A stretch of 20,382 nucleotides of DNA, taken from the NCBI RefSeq assembly GCF_004010195.1, contig NC_057720.1:8614688-8635069 (forward strand). Reading direction: 5' to 3'. Below the pieces are notes generated by a model. That model did no database searches. It was not told where the DNA came from and worked only from the letters and a program-made list of their open reading frames with translations. Below, in pieces: positions 1 through 9,472 of this stretch; the first letter of the stretch is position 1, and each line of letters opens with the position of its first letter. The DNA is from Chiloscyllium plagiosum (lineage: Eukaryota). Both the position numbers and the translations under genes were made by a program.

Positions 1-1543
1 GGTTGGGAGCAGATAATATGGGAAAGTATTTAATTGGGGGAGGGGGAATTATAATGTTATTAGGCAGGAACTGGGGAACCTAAATTGGGAACAGTTGTTC
101 TCAAGGAAATGCACAACAGAAATGTAGAGGTTGTTTAGGAAGCACCTGCTGATAGAGCTGAACAGGTTTGTCCCACTGGGGCAAGGAAGGGGTTGTAAGG
201 TGAAGGAAACTTGTGTGACAAGGGATGTGGAACATCTAGTCAAGAGGAAGAAGAAAGCTTACTTAAGGTTCAGGAGGCATGGATCAGACAGGGCTCTAGA
301 GGATTACAAGATAGCCAGGAAGGAACTGAAGAATGGACTTAGGAGAGCTAGAAGGGGGGATCAAAAGCTTTAGAGGGTGGAATAAGGAAAACCCTAAGGC
401 ATTCTACACTTACGTGAGGAGTAAGAGGATGACCAGAGTGAGGATAGGGCTGATCAGGGATAGTGGAGGGAGCTTGTGCCTAGAGTTGGAGGGGTTAGAG
501 GAGGTCCTTAATGAATACTAAAGGAAATGAAGGCAGAGGATTGTAGTAGATGGAAAGTATTCAGCCTGGAGCTTGGTGACCAATGGTGTTCCACAGGGAT
601 TGGTTCTGGAACCTCTGCTGTTTGTGAATTTTATAAATGACTTGGATGAAGATGTAGAAGGGTGGATTAGTAACTTTGTTGATAACATGAAGGTTGGTGG
701 AGTGGTGGATAGTGTGGAGGGCTGTTGTAGTTGCAATGGATGTTGACAGGACGCAGAGCTGATAAGTGGCATTTGGAGTTCAACCTGGAAAAGTGTGAAG
801 TGATTCATTTTGGGAGGTCAAAGCTTTCAGGGTTAAAGGCAGTGTGGAGGAACAGAGGGATCTTTGGTGTCCGTGTCCATAGATCCCTCAAAGTTGCCAC
901 CCAAGTTGACAGTTGTTAAAAAGGCAAAAGCTGTGTTGGCTTTCATTATCAGGGGGATTGAGTTTAAGAGCCACGAGGTTATGCTGCAGGTCTACAGAGG
1001 CCTGGTTAGACCACACTTGGAATATTGTGTTCAGTTCGAGTCGTCTTATTATAGGAAGGATGTGGAAATTTTAGAGAGGGTGCAGAGGAGATTTGCTAGG
1101 ATGCTGCCTGGACTGGAGGGGCATTTCTTATGAAGAAAGGTTGAGGGAGCTAAGGCTTTTCTCATTGGGGTGAAGAAGGGTGAGAGGTGACTTGATAGAG
1201 ATGTACAGATGATGAGAGGCATAGGTGGAGTGGATAGCCAAACACTTTTTCCCAGGATATAAATGGCTATCACAAGGGGGGGCATAATTCTAAGGTGATT
1301 GGAGGAAGGTTTAGGGAAGATGGCAGAGGTCAGTTCTTTACACAGAAAGTTGTGGGTGTGTGGAATGCACTGTCAGCGGTGGTAGTAGAGTCAGATTCAT
1401 TGGGAAATTTAAGCAACTCTTGGATAGGTACATGGATGAAAGTAAAATGAAGAGTATGTAGGTTAGTTTGATCTTAGAGTCGGATAAAAGGTCGGCACAA
1501 CATCAAGGGCCGAAGGGCCTGTACTGTGCTGTACTGTTCTATG
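1..1543 (+). mobile_element. CR1/HER1-type LINE fragment (decayed ORF2 + 3' UTR), internally deleted
   Basis: Frameshifted ORF2 pieces: KENPKAFYTYVRSKR..IG, NGVPQGLVLEPLLFVNFINDLD..ISNFVDNMKVGG (RT core), YRGLVRPHLEYCVQF..LERVQRRFARMLPGL. 3' tail GGGCCGAAGGGCCTGTACTGTGCTGTACTGTTCTATG. Abrupt jump at ~519. Confidence 0.92.
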
Positions 1544-1686
1544 CTACTGGTGGCTGTACAGTATTCTTTTGGAGTACAATTGGCTTAAGTAGCCCCTAGT
1601 CGGGCAAATCCTGCTTCGTATCCAGGGTCTGAATGGGAAAAGTCATTTGTCTCAGAAACAAAGTAGCTTACTCTTTGATAACAAGA

Positions 1687-1892
1687 CAGGGGTCCCCGAC
1701 TTACAAACATCTGATATATTAATGCTCATACTTATGATTCACATGTAGGGATGTCATTTTAAAGAGCCCACATATGCAAATCTCCTGTACTTAGAAAAGG
1801 CTCCTTTACATTATGCTGCTTTGTGTTTTGATTTGCATTTAGACTTACTACAGATTCAGGAAGGAAACCATTCACCATCTGGGCACTGCCTG
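1687..1892. mobile_element. Possible degenerate Tigger/pogo-like MITE
   Basis: Left end CAGGGGTCCCCGACTTACAAAC resembles Tigger-type termini. Right end reverse complement CAGGCAGTGCCCAGATGGTGAA is only a loose inverted match. Confidence 0.3.
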
Positions 1893-2005
1893 CAGGGACT
1901 TTGGCCGTTTAGGTATAACCAGTATTATAATCAGAGGCTGGGGATGAGACACCTGACCTCAGCAGGATCTCAAATTAGAATCTTCATTCTCATTACAAGA
2001 CTGTA

Positions 2006-2213
2006 TACATTCAGTTCTGCTATAGCATATCTTTCATTGACATAATTTGACTGTAACATAATTGGTGAATAAGGGGAATGCTGTTTCTAAAATGGGTTGG
2101 CGATAACACAATTAGATCGCTAACACTTTAAGTATTGCTTATATTGCGTGATTTTTGTATAGTGCAGGTTCACACAGGAACATGACGGTAATGTTATAGA
2201 AGAAATGACTGTA
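2006..2213. mobile_element. Tc1/mariner (Tigger/pogo-like) MITE
   Basis: Terminal inverted repeats TACATTCAGTTCTGCTATAGC (2006-2026) and revcomp of 2193-2213 TACAGTCATTTCTTCTATAAC match 17/21, bounded by TA. Related copy at 11145-11326. Confidence 0.7.
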
Positions 2214-2409
2214 TTATCATCACGTTGAGTGGAGCTTAATTCAGTCTCCAACATTGACCCTTTCAGAACCATTACAGTGTCAACCTATGCACCTCCCTCT
2301 CTCTCTTGGTTTAATACAGTTGAATCTAGTCTTAATTCCTAGATTTAGTATTTGAAACTCATATTCTGTCCTTCAGTTTCTCGCCAAGATTAGATTACTG
2401 GGGACAGGT

Positions 2410-3160
2410 GTAAACCTTTCAACCTGTTGAACCTATTCCCCCTTTCAACTTGACCATGGTTAGCCTCACTCCAACCTCCCACCTTCGCTCCAGATCCTTC
2501 AATATCCTTTGCGACTCAATTCTAACTACTGTACTTCGGATTTAAAATTATCATGTAAATTGACATTTTTTTGTTTCATGTGTGAGAGGGAGTTTCACAT
2601 TCCTACTACTTGCTGTAAGACCGTACAACTGTTCATTGACTCTGTTTCACAAATCAATGATATCATGGCTGATCTGATAATCCTGAACTCCATGGGTAGC
2701 ATGGTGCCTCAGTGGATATTACTGCTGCCTCCCAGTGCCAGGGACCTGGGCTTGATTCCACCCTAGTGTGACTATGTGGAATTTTCACATTCTCCCTTGA
2801 CTGTGTGGGTGTTCCAGTTTCCTCCCACAGTCCAAAGATGTGCAGGTTAGAGAATTGGCTGTGCTAAATTGCTCATGATGTTCAGGAATATAGAGGTTAG
2901 GTGCATTAATCAGGGGAAGTATGGAGTAATAGGGTAGGGGAATGGGTCTGGGTAGGTTACTCTTCGGAGGGTTGGGGCTGACTTGGCCAAATAGCCTGTT
3001 TCTCACTGCAGGCATTCTATGATTCCATTCTCCTGCCATTTCCCACAAAGTTTTGTTTGCCTTCCTGATTAAACGTCTTTCTATCACAATCTTGAATATA
3101 CCCAACTCAACAGCCCACTGTGACAAAGAACTCCACAGATGTTTTCCTATCTTCTTCCCT
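2410..3160 (-). mobile_element. Old CR1 3'-end remnants, interrupted by a SINE at 2694-3025
   Basis: TCAATGATATCATGGCTGATCTGAT..CTCCA and TTCTCCTGCCATTTCCC..CTGTGACAAAGAACTCCACAGAT are antisense to the CR1 3' ends at 7900-8080 and 19180-19390. Confidence 0.5.
2694..3025 (+). mobile_element. HE1-like tRNA-derived SINE
   Basis: A-box-like GGTGCCTCAGTGG, B-box-like GGCTTGATTCC, conserved body CCACAGTCCAAAGATGTGCAGGTTAG, CR1-like tail ..ATTCTATGATTC. Homologous to six other copies in the window. Confidence 0.85.
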
Positions 3161-3162
3161 GA

Positions 3163-3450
3163 ATGGTTCAATTCTGGTTTTAATGGCCCTTCATTTTACA
3201 CTCCAACAAATAATGTTATTTTCTCCATCTGTACCATACAGTTCCTTCAAAAGTCTTAACCTTTTATCTGGGCAGCACAGTGGCTCAGTGGTTAGCACTG
3301 CTGATGGTTCAATTCTGGTTTTAATGGCCCTTCATTTTACACTCCAACAAATAATGTTATTTTCTCCATCTGTACCATACAGTTCCTTCAAAAGTCTTAT
3401 TCTTAACCTTTTATCTGGACAGCACAGTGGCTCAGTGGTTAGCACTGCTG
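3163..3450 (+). repeat. Tandem duplication, 141 bp + 147 bp units
   Basis: 3163-3303 and 3304-3450 are identical except for a 6-bp indel and one substitution. Each unit is 5' flank plus the first 34 bp of the SINE head. Confidence 0.95.
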
Positions 3451-3748
3451 CCTCAGAGTGCCAGGGACCCAGGTTTGATTTCACCCTCGGGTTACCGTCT
3501 GCCTGGAGTTTGCATGTTCTCCCGGTGTCTGCATGGGTTTCCTTTGGGTGCGCTGGTTTCTTCCTGCAGTCCAAAGATGTGCAGGTTTGGTGGATTGGCC
3601 ATGCTCAATTACCCATAGTGTCCAGGGATGCACAGGCCGGGTGGAAATGCAAAGGTACAGGAATGGGGTAAGGGCAGTGGGTCTGGGTGCAATGCTTTTC
3701 GGACTCAATGGGCTGAATGGCATTCTTCCACACTAGGGATTCTATGAT
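3417..3748 (+). mobile_element. HE1-like tRNA-derived SINE
   Basis: GGACAGCACAGTGGCTCAGTGGTTAGCACTGCTGCCTCA..GGTTTGATTTC head, CAGTCCAAAGATGTGCAGGTT body, GGGATTCTATGAT tail. Confidence 0.9.
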
Positions 3749-4178
3749 CTCCACAGCAATGCCAGCATATTGAGGGGGTCTTAAGAAATGATAGCACCTG
3801 CTGTGCTGATTATCAGTGCAAGGTGATTTTTTTCCCACATAGTTTGGAGCAGGAGACTGTGTGATCAATCTTCAGAAAAGAATTGACCACATTGGTCACA
3901 ATAAAATTGAGAACATGACAAAGAAAGATGATGTGACCAAGTGAAAGAAATTAATGGTCAATGCTAAGAGAAGGGCCAATAAGAAAGGTAATTGATGTCA
4001 TCATTTTAAACTCATCTATTAGCTTAGCACATGACAATTTTGGTTATTTCTTGATCCAGTGAGAACAGGCAGCTGTTCAGGCAATTCAAGCTTGCCTGGT
4101 GACAGGGTCAACATTCACTGCTCTAAATAAGGATTGACAGTTCTGACTTGCATTTTGAATCATTGCTAATAGGCTGGT

Positions 4179-4366
4179 GGGGGATTGGTTTGCTCAGATG
4201 GCTGGTGAGCTAGTTTGTAATGCAGAATGATGCTGACAATGAGGGTTCAGTTCTTACACCAGCTGAAGTGACCAGGAAGGTTCTGCTTTGTCCATCTGAG
4301 TCGTGACCCTCCACCAGTTGTCTCTGTCTCTCTCATGAGAGACACGGACTACGGGAACTTCACCTT
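4179..4366 (+). mobile_element. tRNA-derived SINE, second family (family B)
   Basis: A-box-like TTGCTCAGATGG and B-box-like GGGTTCAGTTC followed by ACACCAGCTGAAGT. Homologous to the minus-strand copy at 6478-6596. Confidence 0.6.
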
Positions 4367-4434
4367 CTTACTGATGGGTAGAATATAGACAAAAGGCTGT
4401 TTTGATTGATGTCTCATGGTCACCCAGTCAACTA

Positions 4435-5226
4435 ATCATAGAGAAGTGTTACAGTCCAGATGGAGGCTATTCGGTCCATCATGCCTGCCCAAGCTTGTTA
4501 AATGACCATCATTACCAACTGTCGATCTGCTGTCTTTTCCTGCACCTTTTCACATAATCATCTAATGCCCTCTTGAATCCTCAATTGAAGCTACCCTCAC
4601 ACTCCTCTAGGCAATCAATTCCATACCCTAACTATTGCTGAGTGAAAAGGTGTGCCACATGTCACCGTTGTATCTTTGGCAAGATCACCTTAACTCTATT
4701 CCCACTTGTTCTTTTCCTTTTATAAACAGGAATGGTTTCTCCCTATATAGATTAGAGTGGTGCTGTGCTTTTCCAGCACCACTCTCATCTAGATTCTGGC
4801 TTCTAACATCTGCAGTCCTCACTTTTGCTGTGCTGATTCTCCCTATATACTCTATTCAGCCTGCACATGATTTTTTTAAAAACCTCTATCAAATCGCCTC
4901 ATCACCTTCTTTTCTCGAAGGAGAACAATCCCAACTTCCTCAATCTATGCTCAAAACTGAAGTTCCTCATCCCGGGAATCATTCTTGGAAACCAACTCTG
5001 AACTCTGTCCAATGAGCTCACACACTTCCGATAATGTGGTGCCCACAACTGTACACAATCCTCCAGCTGAGGTCTAACACGTGTCTTGTACAAGTTCAAC
5101 ATCACCTCCTTTCTCTTGTAATCTATGCCCCACTTAATAAAGCCAATAATGCTGTACACTTTGCTCGCTGCTTTCCCCACCTGTTCTGGCACTTTCAGCG
5201 ATCTGTGCACATATGCACCCACTTCT
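4435..5226 (-). mobile_element. CR1-type LINE 3' fragment
   Basis: ORF 4902-5222 (-) VMLNLYKTRVRPQLEDCVQLWAPHYRK..LDRVQ..PRMIPGM..RLRKLGLFSFEKRR is the CR1 ORF2 C-terminus. 3' tail at ~4435-4490. Interrupted at 4750-4836. Confidence 0.9.
4750..4836. mobile_element. Short fold-back insertion of Penelope-like terminal-repeat sequence
   Basis: Arms 4748-4765 / 4774-4791 inverted (17/18). Homologous to 8180-8210 and 11657-11690. Flanked by perfect 13-bp direct repeat TTCTCCCTATATA (4737-4749, 4837-4849). Confidence 0.8.
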
Positions 5227-5280
5227 CTAGAAGGACTGAGTGAGTTTCACATCCATGATTAATGTCTTATATGCTAACCA

Positions 5281-5390
5281 AAACAAAAACAAACAATTGC
5301 AGATGCTGGAAATCAGAAACACAAACAAAAATTGCTGGAAAAACTCAGCAGGCCTGGCAGCATTTTGGAAGAGAAAGCGAGTAATATTTT
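5281..5390 (-). mobile_element. Penelope-like terminal-repeat piece (left arm of an inverted pair)
   Basis: TGCAGATGCTGGAAATCAGAAAC..AATTGCTGGAAAAACTCAGCAGGCCTGGCAGCAT is the reverse complement of ~5935-6005. Shares TGCTGC..GAC.TGCTG.GCTTTTCCAGCA and CAGCATCTGCAG blocks with the hammerhead-bearing repeats. Confidence 0.7.
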
Positions 5391-5396
5391 GACAAC

Positions 5397-5892
5397 AGTT
5401 CTGGGACTGTTGTCCCTGGAGCGTTGGAGGCTGAAGGGTGATCTTATAGAGGTTAATAAAATCATGAGGGGCATGGATAGGGTGAATAGACAAGGTATTT
5501 TCCTTGAGGTGACAGAGCCCAGAACTCGAAGGCATAGGTTTCAGGTGAGAGGGGAAAGATTTAAAAGGGATGTAAGGGGCAACTTTTTCACGCAGAGGTT
5601 GGTGTGTGTATGAAATGAGCTGCCAGCGGAATTGGTGGCGGCTGGTACAATTACAACATTTAAAAGATATCTGGATGGGTATATGAACAGGAAAGGTTTA
5701 GAGTGGCGGCTGGTACAATTACAACATTTAAAAGATATCTGGATGGGTATATGAGCAGGAAAGGTTTAGAGGAATATGGGCCAAGTGCTGGCAAATGTGA
5801 CTAAATTAGGTTAGGATATCTGGGCGGCATGGACAAGTTGGACTGAAGGGTCTGCTTCCGTGTTGTACATCTCTATGACTCTATGACTCTAT
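5397..5892 (+). mobile_element. CR1-type LINE 3' fragment
   Basis: LGLLSLERWRLKGDLIEVNKIMRG..RTRRHRFQVRGERFKRDVRGNFFTQR. Tail (CTCTATGA)n at 5870-5892. Confidence 0.92.
5635..5770 (+). repeat. 68-bp tandem duplication inside CR1
   Basis: 5635-5702 vs 5703-5770 differ at one base (AAC/AGC). Confidence 0.95.
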
Positions 5893-6018
5893 AAGGGTCA
5901 TAAGGTCCGAACCATTAATTCTGCTTTCTCTCCACAGATGCTGCCAGACATGCTGAGCTTTTCCAGCAATTTCTATTGGAGTTTCTGATTTCGAGCATCT
6001 GCAGATTTTTTTTGTTTA
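5893..6018 (+). mobile_element. Penelope-like terminal-repeat piece (right arm of the inverted pair)
   Basis: AAGGGTCATAAGGTCCGAACCATT (decayed hammerhead 3' half) followed by CAGATGCTGCCAGACATGCTGAGCTTTTCCAGCAATTTC..AGCATCTGCAG. Confidence 0.7.
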
Positions 6019-6348
6019 GTGTTTGACAAGGAGCAGTTTTTCAGCATCTCTTTATCTCCTTCACTTTGGACAAATCATCAACAGCTCCTGGCTTAAAATC
6101 ATCATCTGGCGAGAGTGGTTGTAAATGGAATGTCAGGAAATTTGGTGATAATTTAAATGGGTGTTATTATTTATGACACATTCAACACTTGAAACGAAAA
6201 GGGCTTATAGAAAGCTTTGCAGAAACATTCGATGTGTGAAACTTGATCCAAAACAAGGTAATGTTGCCATTGCCCTACTACGCCACATAGCTGCTTTCTC
6301 ATCAGAGAGAGAAAAGGTAAAAAGGTGTTGGCTTAATCATAATGTTTT

Positions 6349-6471
6349 GGAGACGCCGGTGTTGGAAAAAACCAGGTTATAGTCCAAAAGTTTTATTTGG
6401 AAGCACTCTGAAAGCTAGTGCTTCCAAATAAACCTGTTAGATTATAACCTGGTATTGTGTGATTTTTAACT
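6349..6471. mobile_element. Palindromic element, probably Penelope-like terminal repeat of another family
   Basis: 37-bp inverted arms 6371-6407 / 6417-6453 (33/37) around CTGAAAGCT. GAAAGCTA fits a minimal hammerhead 3' core. Family assignment is from recall of shark repeats. Confidence 0.65.
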
Positions 6472-6477
6472 ATAATG

Positions 6478-6596
6478 CCTTTGGCAAGGGGAAAGGATGA
6501 GAGAAAGAGCTGTTCATAATAACCTCAGCTGGTGTGAGAAATGAACCCGCACTGTAGGTGTTACTGTAGAGTTCAAACCGGCCAACTGAGCTAACT
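6478..6596 (-). mobile_element. tRNA-derived SINE family B, 5' part
   Basis: Reverse complement TAGCTCAGTTGG (A box) .. GCGGGTTCATTTC (B box) ACACCAGCTGAGGTT. Matches 4179-4275. Confidence 0.65.
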
Positions 6597-6665
6597 AACA
6601 CCTTGATTCAAATGAGATTAAACCTGCATTTCATAACTTCAGAACATCTCAATCCAGCAGAGATG

Positions 6666-6992
6666 TGGAATCTCTACTGTGTGGAAGCAGGCCATTCAGC
6701 CCATCAGGTCCACATTGCCCCTCTGAAGAGCATCCCACCCAGACCAACCATCCTACCCTTTCCCTGCATTTTCCATGGCTGACCCATCTAGCCTGTACAT
6801 CCTGGATGTTACAAGGCTATTTAGTATGGTCAATCCACCTAACTTGCACATCTTTGGATTATGGGAAGAAACCAGAGCAAACACAGGGAAAACTTGGAAA
6901 CTCCACACAGACTGTCACCCAAGGCTGTAATTGAACCGAGGTCCCTGGCACTGTGAAGCAGAAGTGCTAACCACTGAGCCACCGTGCTGCCC
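6666..6992 (-). mobile_element. HE1-like SINE
   Basis: Revcomp head GGGCAGCACGGTGGCTCAGTGGTTAGCACTTCTGCTTCACAGTGCCAGGGACCTCGGTTCAATT; body and tail as in other copies. Confidence 0.9.
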
Positions 6993-7039
6993 TAACATCC
7001 ACCTTGGAACAAACGGAGAATGACTGGAAACTGTTAAAT

Positions 7040-8252
7040 AAGATAAAAGCCTATGATATTCAGGGTCACCATGGATAGAGGGTTGGGTGACTGGCAGAAG
7101 GCAGAGTGTGGGGATAAAGGAGTCTTTTTCAGAGTTCTGTAGGGTCACCGTTGGCATCACAACTATTCACAATATACATTAATGACCTCAGCAAAGGAAC
7201 TGAGGGCATTGTTGCTAAGTTAGCGGATAACGCAAAGATAGGTGGAGGGACAGGTAGTGTTGAGGAGATGGGGCATCTGCAGTAGGACTTGAAAAGGCTG
7301 GGAGAGTGAACAAATAAGTGGCAGATGAAATACAATGTGGGAAAGTGTGAGGTGATGCACTTTGGTAGGAAGAATAGAGGCATCACCTATTTTCTAATGC
7401 AGAACTTCTTTGAAAATCACAAAAGGACTTGGGAGTCCTAGTTCAGGACATTTTTTTAAGGTTAACATGCAGGTTCAGTTGACCATTAGGAAGACAAATG
7501 GAGTGTTAGCATTCATTTAGAAAAGGCTAATATACAAGAGCAGGGATGTACTGTTGAGGCTGTAAAAGGCTCTGGTCAGACTGCATTTGAAATATTGTGA
7601 GCAATTTCAGGCCGTGTATCTAAGGAAAGACATTTTGACATTGAAGAGAGTCCAGAGGTAGTTTACAAGAATGATTCCAGGGATAAAGGACTTTTCATAT
7701 GAGGAGCAGTTGAGGACTCTGGGTTCTGTACACAATGGAGTTTAGAAGGATATTGGGGGGGGATCCAATTAAATTTTAAAGAGGCTTGGATATAGTGAAC
7801 TTGGAGAGGCTAGGCCCAAAGGGCATAACCTCAAAATGTAGGGAGGACCTTTTAGAACTGACATGAGGAGGAATTTCTTCAGATAGAGGATGGTGAATTT
7901 GTTGAACTCATAGCCACAGAGGGCTGTGGAGGCCAAGTCATTGAGTGTATCTAAGGACAATGATAGTTAGGTTCCTGATTGGTAAGGGAATCAAGGGTTA
8001 CAGGGAGAAGGCAGGAGAATGAGGTTGAGATATGTGTGATCAAACGGTGGAGCAGACTCGATGGGCTGAATGGTCTAATTCTGCTTGACGAAAGTAGGTA
8101 CTGCAGATGCTGAAGCCATTCCTGATGAAGAATTTTTGCTAGAAACATCGATTGTCCTGAACCTCAGAGGCTGTTTGACCTGCTGTGCTTTTCCAGCATG
8201 ACTCTAATCTTGGTCTATTTCTGCTCCTATATCTAATAGTGTCATGGTCTTA
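7040..8252 (+). mobile_element. CR1-type LINE fragment (RT core to 3' UTR)
   Basis: WIEGWVTGRRQSVGIKESFS, LFTIYINDL..AKLADNAKIGG (decayed FADD motif), WQMKYNVGKCEVMHFGRKN. Many stops/frameshifts. Tail split by the insertion at 8086-8210. Confidence 0.92.
8086..8210 (+). mobile_element. Short Penelope-like terminal-repeat insertion with decayed hammerhead motif
   Basis: ATTC-CTGATGA-AGAATTTTTGCTA-GAAA-CATC-GATT at 8118-8153. Inverted 5' piece AAAGTAGGTACTGCAGATGCTG. 15-bp direct repeats TGGTCTA(A/T)TTCTGCT at 8071-8085 and 8211-8225. Confidence 0.8.
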
Positions 8253-8274
8253 TTCAGTGGAGTGGGATTTTCTC

Positions 8275-8630
8275 TTTTATTTATGTCTGGGATGTGGACG
8301 TTGTTGGCTTGGGCTGCATTTGCTACCCATTCCTAATTGGCACTGACTGAAGTGGCTTTCACAATCACTTCAGAGGTCATTTAAGGGTTAACTGCACTGT
8401 TCTGGATCTGGTGTCACATGTAGACCAGACCAGGTAAAGATGGCAGATTTACTTCCTTAAAGGGCACGAGTAAACCAAATGGGTTTTGACAAGAATGGTG
8501 ACCATCAGGCTAGCTTTTAACATCAGATGGCTCACAAAATGATGGAATTTAAGCACATGTCCCGCAGAACTTTAATCTGGGACTCTAGATTGCTGGCCCA
8601 GCATCAGTGCCATGATGCTTCTGCCATCCA
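8275..8630 (-). mobile_element. SINE family C (tRNA-like head, LINE-derived tail), diverged copy
   Basis: Shares GTCACATGTAG.CCAGACCAGGTAA.GATG.CAGATTT.CTTCCTTAAAG core with 11593-11998 and 14399-14823. Confidence 0.7.
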
Positions 8631-9154
8631 ACACCATGATTCTCTGTCTTACAAGACAGAAACAAGGTTAACCCAGAGAGCTGTTGGACTCTCAATGGCA
8701 GTAATTAGGAAGCTGTGTGTGAGCTCTCATCTTCAATCTCAGTTCAGGTAAAGTGACAGTTCAATGCGATGAAACTCAAACAATGCTATTTTTAAATCAA
8801 CCATAAACATTTCATTAAAAATACTTGAATATCCATAATAGCGACGTGCAAAATCAGGAAAAAATCTAATTAGACTTTGCCTCGCTTCAAGTCCAAAGAA
8901 TATTTTTGTCAGAAATCACCTTTTGATTAAATAATCCTTTTATCAGGAAATAACAGTTACCTTTTTAATGAGAAACTGATAACCCAGCTTCCTAAGAATA
9001 TTAATTAGGATATTTAATGAATGAGTTCTCTAACATTAATGCCTTTGTAGCTTTTGGGCACTACATTATTTGACAACAGGCATCATTGTTGGAGCTCTGT
9101 AAGATCATTCCATCATTACAGATTCCATTGACCATGTCCTTCATTCATTTCTTA

Positions 9155-9460
9155 GGTGGCACGGTGGCTCAGCGGTTAGAACTGCTGCCTCACAGCACCA
9201 GGGTCCTAGATTCAAATCCAGCCTCTGGCGACTGTCTGCGTGGCATTTGCACATTCTCCCTGTGTCTGTGTGGGTTTCCTCCCACAGTCAAAAGACGTGC
9301 AGGTCAGGTGAATTGACCATGCAAACTTGCCCATAGTGTTAGGTGCATTAGTCAGAGTGAAATGGGTCTGGGTGGGTTACTCTTTGGAGTGTCAATATGG
9401 ACTGGTTGAGCCGAAGGGCCTGTTTCCATGCTGTAGGTAGGTAGTCTAATCTAATTCTAT
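9155..9460 (+). mobile_element. HE1-like SINE
   Basis: GGTGGCACGGTGGCTCAGCGGTTAG..GATTCAAATCC head. Tail GCCGAAGGGCCTGTTTCCATGCTGTAGG..TCTAATCTAA. Confidence 0.9.
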
Positions 9461-9472
9461 GCAAATACTGAC

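Noticed and set aside
3120..3671. Longest ORF (183 aa) with an internal peptide repeat
   Set aside because: By-product of the tandem duplication reading into a SINE; no protein family features.
5635..5892. Direct repeats suggestive of a CRISPR-like array
   Set aside because: Only two-unit duplications and LINE tail microsatellites, no spacers, eukaryotic context.
9155..9230. tRNA-like sequences with A/B boxes (also at other SINE heads)
   Set aside because: They continue into SINE bodies and tails and lack a complete cloverleaf; not tRNA genes.
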